NCBI GenBank assembly: GCA_035489645.1
Contig: DATHJV010000093.1
Coordinates: 1 to 29,459, forward strand
Length of the DNA: 29,459 bases
Direction of reading: 5' to 3'
From: Minisyncoccota bacterium
Lineage (GTDB): Bacteria; Patescibacteriota; Minisyncoccia; Phycocordibacterales; UBA9973
Part shown: in pieces, positions 17,201 to 25,554 of the stretch
Position numbering within the stretch: position 1 is the stretch's first letter
Layout of the letters: every line of letters begins with the position of its first letter
Program-made: the position numbers and the translations under genes
Notes under the pieces: generated by a model
Told to the model about the DNA's origin: nothing
What the model saw: only the letters and a program-made list of their open reading frames with translations
The model's database searches: none

Positions 17201-18979
17201 ATGCCAGAAATTAATCAGAAAATGGAAGATGCTGTCGCATATCTACGAGTAAGCTCGAGTAAGCAATTTCAGAATGGGGAAAGTATTTTAGATCAGAATA
17301 ATATCTGTATTAATGTTGCGAAGGCGAGGAATTTAAGGATTATACCAAATGATAAGCCTTTTTTTGATGTATTCTCCGGAAGAAAGGAAACTAGGCCCAG
17401 TTATGAGGATTTAAAGGAATTTGTAAAAAAGAATCGCAATGTTAAGTACTGCATAATTAGAGGCATAGACAGATTTACTCGTAGTGGAACACTTGTTTAT
17501 GAAACGATGAAGAACGAACTAGAAAGCCTAGGCGTTCAACTCATAGATAGCTACGGTGTAATTCAGCCTTCAAAAAATACATTGGAGCATCTAGGTATTG
17601 AGTATGATTGGAGCAGAATACGCCCAAGTGAAATAACAGAACTTGTAATGGCCCAGCAAGGAAAGAGCGAAGTTAATCAAATTCTTACTCGGACCATCGG
17701 TGCAGAAATTGCTTTGGTTCGAGCTGGATATCATATAGGACCTCCCAGAGAAGGATATATAAACGCAAAAATGTTTGTTGATGGAAGGAAAAAACCCATT
17801 CAAGAGGCTGATCCGAAATATGCGCCTTTTTTTATTAAAATGTTTGAATTGCGAGCATTGGGAATATATACAGACAAAGAAATAGTGGATCAGATAAATG
17901 CTATGGGTTATCGTTCTCGTATAAGAAACAGCTGGGCTAAAAATAAAGAGAGGGTTATAGGTTCAACTGGTGGAATGAAACTTAACATAAAGCATTTCCA
18001 ACATATCATCGCAAACACTATTTACTGCGGAATTAATACACAAAAATGGCTTTCAACACCTATCAAAACTCAATATAGCGGACTTGTAAGTGTTTCCACT
18101 TTTAATAAAGCAAACAAAGGAGCTAAGTTTATAGAAGAAAAAGCAGATGGAAATATCACCATTCATAAAAATTTCAATCCGCATAGTCTAAAGAGAATTA
18201 AGGATAATCCCCTGTTTCCCTTTAAATCGGTCATACTCTGTCCTGCCTGTGAAAAACCTTTTTTGGGAAGTGTCTCAAAAGGAAAATCTGGTCAAGGCTT
18301 CCCTGCTTATCATTGTTCTAGGGGTCATAAACAATACGGAGTAAGTAAAAAGGAATTTGAAAAGCAAATTGCTCTTTTTATTAATAACTTAAAATATAAA
18401 GCAGACTTTTTTAAAAGTTTTGAGGCAACCCTTATAAATAAATACCGGGAGAAAGAAAAAGAGATTGGTGAATTCTCATTGAAAGCAAATAATAATGTAG
18501 TTGATCTTGAAAAAGAAAAGCTACAAAAGATTGATGCTTTTACTAATACTCAGAACCAAACCATACGGGCTACGCTTGAAAAACAGATAGAGGAAATACA
18601 AAAACAAATAACCGGAGCTCAAGGAGAACGCAATAAACTAGAGGTAAAAGAGAATGATATTCACGATTTTGTTAAATATGCAAAATACTTAATGGAACAC
18701 CACGAAGAAATGCTTTTAAAGCAAAAGAATTTTACTACCTTAAGGGCTCTTTTTGGCCTAGTATTTGATAAATTACCTACTTATTCTGAAATAGTTAATG
18801 GAACACCAAAACTATCTTTAGGATACAAGCTATCTGAAGAATTTACTAATGAGAAAGACTTGACTGCGGGCCCACGAGGAATCGAACCTCGGTCTTCCCT
18901 TTTGGAGAGGGAAATTCTACCTCTAAACTATGGACCCGTAAGCTCTATTTATACATTTCTGAAACGCTTTTTGCAATGA
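17201..18979 (+). CDS. Large serine recombinase (integrase)
   Basis: Catalytic AVAYLRVSS, GIDRFTRS, recombinase domain, zinc ribbon CPACEK...YHCSRGH, and coiled coil. The last 35 codons overlap the tRNA and its promoter on the opposite strand. Confidence 0.95.
   Translation: MPEINQKMEDAVAYLRVSSSKQFQNGESILDQNNICINVAKARNLRIIPNDKPFFDVFSGRKETRPSYEDLKEFVKKNRNVKYCIIRGIDRFTRSGTLVYETMKNELESLGVQLIDSYGVIQPSKNTLEHLGIEYDWSRIRPSEITELVMAQQGKSEVNQILTRTIGAEIALVRAGYHIGPPREGYINAKMFVDGRKKPIQEADPKYAPFFIKMFELRALGIYTDKEIVDQINAMGYRSRIRNSWAKNKERVIGSTGGMKLNIKHFQHIIANTIYCGINTQKWLSTPIKTQYSGLVSVSTFNKANKGAKFIEEKADGNITIHKNFNPHSLKRIKDNPLFPFKSVILCPACEKPFLGSVSKGKSGQGFPAYHCSRGHKQYGVSKKEFEKQIALFINNLKYKADFFKSFEATLINKYREKEKEIGEFSLKANNNVVDLEKEKLQKIDAFTNTQNQTIRATLEKQIEEIQKQITGAQGERNKLEVKENDIHDFVKYAKYLMEHHEEMLLKQKNFTTLRALFGLVFDKLPTYSEIVNGTPKLSLGYKLSEEFTNEKDLTAGPRGIEPRSSLLEREILPLNYGPVSSIYTFLKRFLQ
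18865..18871 (+). repeat. Right attachment-site core TGCGGGC
   Basis: Corresponds to tRNA nt 69-73 plus two trailer bases and overlaps recombinase codons 555-557 (Thr-Ala-Gly). Confidence 0.8.
18867..18937 (-). tRNA. tRNA-Trp (CCA), CCA end not encoded
   Basis: Acceptor GGGTCCA/TGGGCCC, discriminator G, anticodon arm TCCCT-CTCCAAA-AGGGA, T arm CGAGG-TTCGATT-CCTCG. Confidence 0.93.
18948..18976 (-). promoter_or_regulatory. tRNA-Trp promoter
   Basis: Minus strand TTGCAA (18976-18971), 17 bp, TATAAA (18953-18948). Confidence 0.65.
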
Positions 18980-18998
18980 CGCCACTCATAAAATAACG

Positions 18999-19025
18999 CC
19001 CCATGGTAACCGGATTACCATGGGG
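18999..19025. terminator. Strong hairpin, likely terminator of the 29-aa gene (possibly bidirectional)
   Basis: Perfect 11-bp stem CCCCATGGTAA/TTACCATGGGG with a T-rich run on the minus strand. Confidence 0.75.
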
Positions 19026-19031
19026 TTGAAG

Positions 19032-19121
19032 TTATTTTTTCCCCTCGAAGAGTGTCGCAAATGCCTCCCAGAGAGCAGCCGCGACGACTATCCCAGCAAG
19101 AACTATTAGAACTATTTTCAT
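19032..19121 (-). CDS. 29-aa single-helix membrane peptide (not in ORF track)
   Basis: MKIVLIVLAGIVVAAALWEAFATLFEGKK, flanked by a consensus promoter and a terminator. Confidence 0.65.
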   Translation of the reverse strand: MKIVLIVLAGIVVAAALWEAFATLFEGKK

Positions 19122-19158
19122 AATTATGTGCGGGTTTGCCAGCTTTAACTCAGAAAAA

Positions 19159-19187
19159 ATTCTAACATGTGGTTGTTAGTGTTTCAA
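19159..19187 (-). promoter_or_regulatory. Promoter of the 29-aa gene
   Basis: Minus strand TTGAAA (19187-19182), 17 bp, TGt-TAGAAT (19164-19159). Confidence 0.65.
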
Positions 19188-19208
19188 TAGATTTCTGTGG
19201 ATTGCCGC

Positions 19209-19367
19209 CTATTTTTTAGTTTCTTTATGCTTGGTTTGCTTTCGGCACCATTTGCAGTATTTTTTGAGCTCGATTTTTTTAGTTACGAGTTTTTTATTTT
19301 TACTGGACCAGTAATTTATACGCTTACAGATTCCGCAGGCAAGTTTGATAAGTCTATCTTGTGACAT
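19209..19367 (-). CDS. rpmG: 50S ribosomal protein L33, zinc-binding type (not in ORF track)
   Basis: MSQDRLIKLACGICKRINYWSSKNKKLVTKKIELKKYCKWCRKQTKHKETKK: two CxxC motifs and the L33 motifs NY..SKN and ELKKYC. Confidence 0.95.
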   Translation of the reverse strand: MSQDRLIKLACGICKRINYWSSKNKKLVTKKIELKKYCKWCRKQTKHKETKK

Positions 19368-19412
19368 AGAGAGATATTAGTATAAAATTTAGTAATATGC
19401 AACTTAATACAC

Positions 19413-20561
19413 TTATAAATAAACTCTCTTAATAAGAGGGTTGAGACGAGTAACGGTTTCATACCACGACAAATTTGAAATATTGCTAATTCCTTCCATG
19501 GAGCAAGTCGAGTCGCTATCATTACCTATAACCACTACTTCATCTCCAACACGCAAATTTTTAACGTTACTAACATTAATGCATATCATATCCATAGAAA
19601 CGCGTCCCAGTATTTTACATAACTTACCTTTTACGAGCATTTTGCCCAATGAAGAAAGTGAGCGAGGATAGCCATGCCAATACCCAACAGGCACAATTGC
19701 CACTACTCCATCTTTTGACAAAGACTCAGTCAAATCGTACCCTATGCGGCTTCCCTTCGGCAGTTTCTTTATCTCAGCGATTAAAGATTTCCATGAAAGA
19801 ACGGGATGAAGCGAAATTTTTTTCGCTAGAGCCATTTTAACTTCCTTAGCTGGCCATAAACCATAGAGTCCAATACCGACTCGCACCATATCAAGATGGG
19901 ATTCTGGAAAAAGCATTGTGCCGGCTGTAGCTGCCGTGTGTGTTATCGGCTCGAATCCGGCCTGCTTAAATAATTTAATCCATAATTTAAAATTTTCCAA
20001 TTGCTCTTCTGTACCTTTTGGAAAACCGGGATTTTTTGCGGTAGCAAAATGCGAAAACAAACCTTCAACTTGCAGAGTAGTTTTTGAGATTGAATTAAGA
20101 ATCTTTAAAACTATCGTTATATCTCTCATTAAAAATCCCTGACGATGCATTCCCGTATCAACCTTTACGTGAATTTTCAGGGGTTTTTTAAAAGATTTAT
20201 GTTTAGCCACAATATATTTTAATAACTCAAAAGTTGAAACGGTCAGAGAAATATCTTTACCAGCAGCCTCCGCAAGCATTTCAGGAAGAGTATATCCCAA
20301 GACTAAAATCGGCACACGAATTCCTTCTTTCCTTAATACTAAACCCTCCGTTATGGAATCAACTCCTAAGAAATCAACCTTGAGTCGCACCATTTCATTG
20401 GCGAAGTCAATAATACTGTGGCCGTAAGCATTAGATTTAATAACGGCCATAAACTTAGTCTTTTGATTAAGTAATGAACGGAAAACTGAAATGTTGTGCT
20501 TAATTGCTTTTCGGTCAACTTCAATCCATGTCCGGAGACCCTTTCTTTGCGACTTTTTCAT
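19413..20561 (-). CDS. alr: Alanine racemase
   Basis: PLP lysine motif AVIKSNAYGH, KVDTGMHRQG, VRVGIGLYG, IGYD, GRVSMDM. Confidence 0.97.
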   Translation of the reverse strand: MKKSQRKGLRTWIEVDRKAIKHNISVFRSLLNQKTKFMAVIKSNAYGHSIIDFANEMVRLKVDFLGVDSITEGLVLRKEGIRVPILVLGYTLPEMLAEAAGKDISLTVSTFELLKYIVAKHKSFKKPLKIHVKVDTGMHRQGFLMRDITIVLKILNSISKTTLQVEGLFSHFATAKNPGFPKGTEEQLENFKLWIKLFKQAGFEPITHTAATAGTMLFPESHLDMVRVGIGLYGLWPAKEVKMALAKKISLHPVLSWKSLIAEIKKLPKGSRIGYDLTESLSKDGVVAIVPVGYWHGYPRSLSSLGKMLVKGKLCKILGRVSMDMICINVSNVKNLRVGDEVVVIGNDSDSTCSMEGISNISNLSWYETVTRLNPLIKRVYL

Positions 20562-20570
20562 ATCTTTCTA

Positions 20571-21665
20571 TTACTTTACGGAAGTTTTTAATTTCTGTTC
20601 CTTTATAAAACGCTCCATGGCAAGTTTAATCAATTTATCCAAAAGTTTCGGTACAGACATTCCCGATGATTGCCATAATTTGGGATACATGCTGATATTG
20701 GTAAAACCCGGAATCGTGTTTATTTCATTCACTAAAACATCTCCATTTTTTTTCAGGAAACAATCCACCCGAGCGAGACCTTCGCAGTTAAGCACCTCGA
20801 ATGTTTTGATCGCCAATTCTTGAACCTTTTTAGATGTTTTTTTATCAATTTTTGCGGGAATTTCGGCCACTGCCCCGACGTCAATATACTTTGCATCATA
20901 AGAATAGAATTCCTGATTGGCGATGATTTCGCCGGGGACAGATGCCATCGGATGGTCATTGCCCAGTACTGCGCATTCGATTTCTCGACCGGAAATAAAC
21001 TCCTCTATAATTATTTTTGTGTCGAATTTAAACGCGTCACGGACGGCTTTTTTAAACTCCTTCACATTTTTTACTTTACTTACACCAACCGACGAACCCA
21101 TGTTAGCGGGTTTAATGAAAAGCGGCAAACCAAGCGCTTCTTTAATTTTATCAAAATTTATTTCAGCACCATCTTTAATGGCAATGAATTTTCCGATGGG
21201 AATCCCTGCCTCCTTTAAAAGTCTTTTCATCACATCTTTATCCATTCCGACCGCCGAGCCCAATACTCCCGCTCCAACAAAAGGGATTCCGGCAAGTTTC
21301 AGCAATCCCTGCATACTCCCGTCTTCGCCGAACGGCCCGTGCAATACCGGGAATATAACGTCAATTTTTCCCTTAATTTCAGAATCATTATGTACAGAGG
21401 AGAGAACTCCCCCGCCTTGCGCGTAAAGAGCTATTTCCCTGTTAGATTTATTCAGTTTAATAAGCTTGGGATTATTGCTATTCAGTAAATAGTTTGAAGT
21501 GGTATTTAGCAGCCAGTTTCCCTCTTTTGTTATTCCTATGGGAATAACTTCATATTTATTTTTATCGAGAGATTCAATCACATTGCGGGCAGATTGAAGC
21601 GAAACTTCATGCTCGGCTGATTTACCACCAAAAAGCACCCCGACTTTTATCTTTCTTTTTGACAT
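20571..21665 (-). CDS. ddl: D-alanine--D-alanine ligase
   Basis: GGKSAEHEVS, FPVLHGPFGEDG, KPANMGSSVGV, FYSYDAKY, EINTIPGFT. Confidence 0.97.
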   Translation of the reverse strand: MSKRKIKVGVLFGGKSAEHEVSLQSARNVIESLDKNKYEVIPIGITKEGNWLLNTTSNYLLNSNNPKLIKLNKSNREIALYAQGGGVLSSVHNDSEIKGKIDVIFPVLHGPFGEDGSMQGLLKLAGIPFVGAGVLGSAVGMDKDVMKRLLKEAGIPIGKFIAIKDGAEINFDKIKEALGLPLFIKPANMGSSVGVSKVKNVKEFKKAVRDAFKFDTKIIIEEFISGREIECAVLGNDHPMASVPGEIIANQEFYSYDAKYIDVGAVAEIPAKIDKKTSKKVQELAIKTFEVLNCEGLARVDCFLKKNGDVLVNEINTIPGFTNISMYPKLWQSSGMSVPKLLDKLIKLAMERFIKEQKLKTSVK

Positions 21666-21667
21666 TT

Positions 21668-22396
21668 TTAGAGTGTAGCACTTTTCAGGTCTTTAGGAAA
21701 ATTGGTTAAATTCTTATAACCATTTTTAGTAATTAGAATCATGTCCTCTATGCGGACACCTCCAAAACCTTTGAAATATAATCCGGGTTCGATGGTCATC
21801 ACACACCCTACTGGAAGAATGTCCTCGCTTTTTGGTTTGAAATTCGGCCACTCGTGGATGACAGTGCCTACTCCGTGCCCTAAGCCATGAGGAAATTTCT
21901 TCGCTCCGAATTTTTTATTCAAAAATCCTCGTGCAGAATTATCTATTGCTTTCGCTCTTCGTTCGCCTTGACCTATCTTTTTTAAGGCTAAATCCATCGC
22001 CTGCAGTACACTCAGATAAATTTTTCTTTGTTTAGTACTAGGTTCTCCAATAAAATAAGTCCTAGTCATATCGGAACAATAATTATTTACTGTGCATCCG
22101 AAATCAAACATTACAATATCGCCTCTTTTAAGTTTAGTTTTACTGGGCTCGTGATGGACATTTGCTGTATTTTTACCAAAAGAAACAATTGGCGGAAAAG
22201 ACAAAATCGGCGCGCCGTATTTCCTGAATCTGTCAGCGATAAACTTGGCTATTGCACTTTCGCTCACACCGAGTTTGAGCTTTTTCAGAACATCTCCCAG
22301 TACCTGTTCGCTGATTCCTTGAGCTTTTATAATGTTCGCAAGCTCCGTTTTATTCTTTACTGCTCGGACTTCGTGTATTAACCCTATTTTTTTCAT
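21668..22396 (-). CDS. M24 family (Xaa-Pro-type) aminopeptidase, catalytic domain only
   Basis: FDFG...YCSDMTRT, HGLGHGVG..IHE, TIEPGLY, GGVRIED. Confidence 0.9.
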   Translation of the reverse strand: MKKIGLIHEVRAVKNKTELANIIKAQGISEQVLGDVLKKLKLGVSESAIAKFIADRFRKYGAPILSFPPIVSFGKNTANVHHEPSKTKLKRGDIVMFDFGCTVNNYCSDMTRTYFIGEPSTKQRKIYLSVLQAMDLALKKIGQGERRAKAIDNSARGFLNKKFGAKKFPHGLGHGVGTVIHEWPNFKPKSEDILPVGCVMTIEPGLYFKGFGGVRIEDMILITKNGYKNLTNFPKDLKSATL

Positions 22397-22404
22397 GATA
22401 AATA

Positions 22405-23505
22405 TTAAAATAATTTCAAAACATCGTGATAAGTGATTACTAGCATCAGGAGTATCAAAATACCAAAACCGATCATATTGGCAGTGTTTGCTATTTTTGG
22501 ATTAATTTGTGAACCTTTAATTTTTTCAATCAATAAAAAGAAGAGCCGCCCGCCGTCGAGTGCTGGAAATGGAAATAAATTTATGATTGCAAGGTTAACG
22601 GAAATAAGCGCGGTGAAAGAGAGAAGGTAGGCAAAGCCAAATCGGTACGCATCACCCACGATGCCTACCATGCCTACCGGTCCCGCCACGGATGCGAGAC
22701 TGCCCTGACCCCTGATGGTATCAGCAATAAGCGTATAAAGCCCAGAAATTGTGCTTTTAGCAGCAAACCAGGTCAACGATAGCCCCTCGCTGATCGCTGT
22801 AAAAAAGGGTAATTTAGCCGTGCCAATCATATCCATCGATATCCCTATCATCGGTTCAACGCCCGGAGAGTTTTCGACTGGCGTAACTTTAGCAATATGA
22901 ATATTCTCATCCTTGCCTCGCAGATATCCTATTTCTATTTCTTTGTCCCGATGGGAAACTATAAAAGATTTCAAGGTGTCGGGGTTAATCCGATCAACAA
23001 CAACGGAAGAACTTTTTATTGAGATTATTTTATCACCGGACTTGAGGAGAGCTTTAGATGCGGGCGAGTCGGCGAGGACCGAAACGACCACTAAGTTTAC
23101 GTCCGTGAGAGCATATCCTTTTACCTCATTGCCGACGGATGTAGGAAGTCCGGACATGAAACCGACAGAAAATAGAGCCCAGGCCAATAAAAAATTAGCA
23201 AATACTCCGGCAAACAACACAATCGCTTGCTTCCATTTTGCTTTATTAACAAAACTTCTTTCTCTGTCCGGACCATTTGTATTCTCATCATCCGGATTCT
23301 CACCAAAAATTTTCACGAAACCGCCAATGGGCAGAAGATTAAAGCTATATATGGTCTCTCCCTTTTTAAAACTAAATAACTTCGGCGGAAAGCCGAAGCC
23401 GAATTCATCCACTCTTATACCGAACTTCTTCGCAGAAAAAAAGTGTCCAAACTCGTGGACTAGGACCAAAACCAAAAGTATTATTATAAATATGACTATT
23501 GACAT
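22405..23505 (-). CDS. rseP: RIP metalloprotease (site-2 protease, M50) with PDZ domain
   Basis: HEFGH, LPIGGFVKI, PDZ region, NLFPFPALDGGR. Confidence 0.95.
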   Translation of the reverse strand: MSIVIFIIILLVLVLVHEFGHFFSAKKFGIRVDEFGFGFPPKLFSFKKGETIYSFNLLPIGGFVKIFGENPDDENTNGPDRERSFVNKAKWKQAIVLFAGVFANFLLAWALFSVGFMSGLPTSVGNEVKGYALTDVNLVVVSVLADSPASKALLKSGDKIISIKSSSVVVDRINPDTLKSFIVSHRDKEIEIGYLRGKDENIHIAKVTPVENSPGVEPMIGISMDMIGTAKLPFFTAISEGLSLTWFAAKSTISGLYTLIADTIRGQGSLASVAGPVGMVGIVGDAYRFGFAYLLSFTALISVNLAIINLFPFPALDGGRLFFLLIEKIKGSQINPKIANTANMIGFGILILLMLVITYHDVLKLF

Positions 23506-23574
23506 TAATTATTTACTGACGATTAACTTTCGCCAGTCTCTATAGTATACAAATCTCAAGAAAGAAACAACCCA

Positions 23575-24198
23575 TTAATTTATTTTTACCTCTTCGCCGT
23601 CGCCCACAAAAGTGTACTTGCCATTTTCAACAAGTATTCCTTGTCCATCTCTCAATATTCGTAATGGATATTTTAGGGTTGTAATTTTTTCTCTAATTAA
23701 GCTTTCCATATCATCTTTGTAATGGACTTTGAGCGCAAAAGGAACGTAATTAAGAGCGGTAAAATCAGTCATACCAAACCTATCTTTATCACTTTTCCAA
23801 TCTGAAACTTCAATGGTCGGACACATTACGTAAGCTCCCGCGCTTGTACCAATATAGACCTTCCCTTCGCCTAGTATTTCTTTTAATATTTCGTCGAAAC
23901 CCGTTTCCCTGATTGCTTTAAGTAAGTAAAACGTGTTACCACCTTCCAGATGAATTACATTTATGTCTTTAAAAGCTTCTCTCAACTCAACTTTATTTTT
24001 TCCTTCAATATCAATTTCTTTGAAACTTAATGCTTCATGTTTCATTATTTTTTCAATTCTTTCAATATAGGATCTATCTTTAGAGCCTTTCGAAGCAGTA
24101 ACCACATAAGCAATTTTCATTCGATTTTTAGGAATTCCAGTTAGTTTATAACCGTAATTCAACAAAAAACTTAAGTCGGACGCAAGTATAATTTTCAT
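23575..24198 (-). CDS. Peptidase S51 (dipeptidase E-like, class I glutamine amidotransferase fold)
   Basis: GGNTFYLLK, YIGTSAGA nucleophile elbow, and VHY. Confidence 0.88.
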   Translation of the reverse strand: MKIILASDLSFLLNYGYKLTGIPKNRMKIAYVVTASKGSKDRSYIERIEKIMKHEALSFKEIDIEGKNKVELREAFKDINVIHLEGGNTFYLLKAIRETGFDEILKEILGEGKVYIGTSAGAYVMCPTIEVSDWKSDKDRFGMTDFTALNYVPFALKVHYKDDMESLIREKITTLKYPLRILRDGQGILVENGKYTFVGDGEEVKIN

Positions 24199-24206
24199 AT
24201 GTTTAT

Positions 24207-24234
24207 CCTAGAACCTAGTCCCTAGAAACTAGCA
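24207..24234. repeat. Heptamer tandem repeat in the frr downstream spacer
   Basis: CCTAGAA CCTAGTC CCTAGAA ACTAGCA. Confidence 0.6.
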
Positions 24235-24239
24235 CTAAC

Positions 24240-24791
24240 TCAGCCCATCACTTCCTTTTGTTTCTTCTCAAAGATTATCTCTAAATTTCTATTTGTCTCG
24301 TCAATTATTTTCTGTAATTCTTCTTTGGCTCTGAACTTTTCATCTTCGGTCAACTTGCCATCACTCTCTTTTTTCTGAACATCCTCCCAGATGCGTTCCC
24401 TCTCGCGGCGCACCGTGATCCGCTGCTCCTCCAATTTTTCTTTTAAAACTTTTACAAGCGTCTGTCTCGTTTCGGTAGTTAATTGAGGAAAAATAACTCT
24501 AATACCTATATCGTCCGTGGCAACCGAAAGGCCCAGGTTGGCGCTAATTACGCCTTTTTCTATGTCTTTTATTTGATTTTTATCCCAAGGCGCGATACGG
24601 AGAGTTTTCGGGTCTTCTATCGAGATCGAAGCAACATTTTTGAGAGGAACATACGAGCCGTAAGAGTCGACTGATACTCCGTCTAAAATCATTGGCGATG
24701 CCCGTCCGATATTTAATTGACCATATTCTTTGCCCAAAAAATCCTCGACCTTTTTGAGTTCCACTTTGAAAACTGAAAAGTTATATGGCAT
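24240..24791 (-). CDS. frr: Ribosome recycling factor
   Basis: GRASPMILD, IRVIFPQLTTETR, RITVRRER, LTEDE. Confidence 0.96.
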   Translation of the reverse strand: MPYNFSVFKVELKKVEDFLGKEYGQLNIGRASPMILDGVSVDSYGSYVPLKNVASISIEDPKTLRIAPWDKNQIKDIEKGVISANLGLSVATDDIGIRVIFPQLTTETRQTLVKVLKEKLEEQRITVRRERERIWEDVQKKESDGKLTEDEKFRAKEELQKIIDETNRNLEIIFEKKQKEVMG

Positions 24792-24803
24792 ATATTTATA
24801 ATA

Positions 24804-25535
24804 TCATAAATTTGGAATTATTAGTGCCACGGATTCCATCAAGGTCTTTGTGGAACTTCCGGGCATACGGAGAAACTCGCGAACCTTGAAAAGGTGCTCA
24901 AAACATCCCATGTCAAGGACAGTCCTTGACATACTTGATATAAACTTTTTATGCAGAGTTAGTTCAAGCGCGTTTAAAAATTTCAAGGCTTTTGAGCGAG
25001 TGGAATCTAAAACAGCAACTTCGCTATCTCTTTCATCATTTTCTTCTTCCGGTTCCGCCAGTAATTCCTTTATAAAATCAATTCTGTTTTTTAAAGGCAT
25101 ATTTAAAAATTGCTCGGCTTCTTTTGTTTTAATATCTGCATTTTCATTTCTTATTAAATAAAACCTAGAAACGAGAGTTTTCAATAGAGAGTTTACGTCT
25201 GGTACCACTAGAAAAAAATGTGTATTTTCAATCGGCTCCTCAAACATTTTAAGTAAGGTTCCTTGGGCATCTAAAGTGATACTATTTGAACATACGACAA
25301 ATATTTTCTTACCCGGTGAGATGCCTCTTTCATTACCCATTCCTCGCAAATTAATCGCTTCTTCCATTTTAAAATTGTCAATTTTGATAATGCAAAAATC
25401 AGGATTATCGGCGGTTTCCACATTTAAATCTTCGCAAAATTTCACGATTTCCGGCACAACATTATCCTTATCTCCTTCAATGAGATATGCATGGTGCAAA
25501 TTGTTTTTATCAAAATGCTTTTGGATTAGGGACAT
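24804..25535 (-). CDS. holB: DNA polymerase III delta-prime-like clamp-loader subunit (short form)
   Basis: LHHAYLIEG, NPDF, AQGTLLKMFEEP, LLKTLVSR. Confidence 0.75.
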   Translation of the reverse strand: MSLIQKHFDKNNLHHAYLIEGDKDNVVPEIVKFCEDLNVETADNPDFCIIKIDNFKMEEAINLRGMGNERGISPGKKIFVVCSNSITLDAQGTLLKMFEEPIENTHFFLVVPDVNSLLKTLVSRFYLIRNENADIKTKEAEQFLNMPLKNRIDFIKELLAEPEEENDERDSEVAVLDSTRSKALKFLNALELTLHKKFISSMSRTVLDMGCFEHLFKVREFLRMPGSSTKTLMESVALIIPNL

Positions 25536-25554
25536 AGGTTTTAGGCACTAATTT

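Larger units (their letters stand above)
7083..18871. mobile_element. Approximately 11.8-kb serine-recombinase element integrated at the 3' end of tRNA-Trp (satellite/IME-like)
   Basis: TGCGGGC direct repeat at 7083-7089 and 18865-18871. The right copy overlaps the tRNA 3' end, and the left copy is followed by an in-frame alternative recombinase tail. Cargo is RM/TPR/ImmA and visibly AT-rich, with chromosomal-type genes on both sides. Confidence 0.85.

Noticed and set aside
18833-18902. 6-bp inverted repeat TCTGAA/TTCAGA symmetric about the core CG in the reconstructed attP (18833-18838 with 7115-7120)
   Set aside because: The symmetry about a central dinucleotide fits a serine recombinase, but the repeat is short, about 30 bp out, and the intervening pairs match poorly. 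Not used as evidence.
24240-24791. Alternative genetic code (UGA as Gly, as in Gracilibacteria)
   Set aside because: frr ends on TGA at normal length and no conserved gene here needs TGA read-through.
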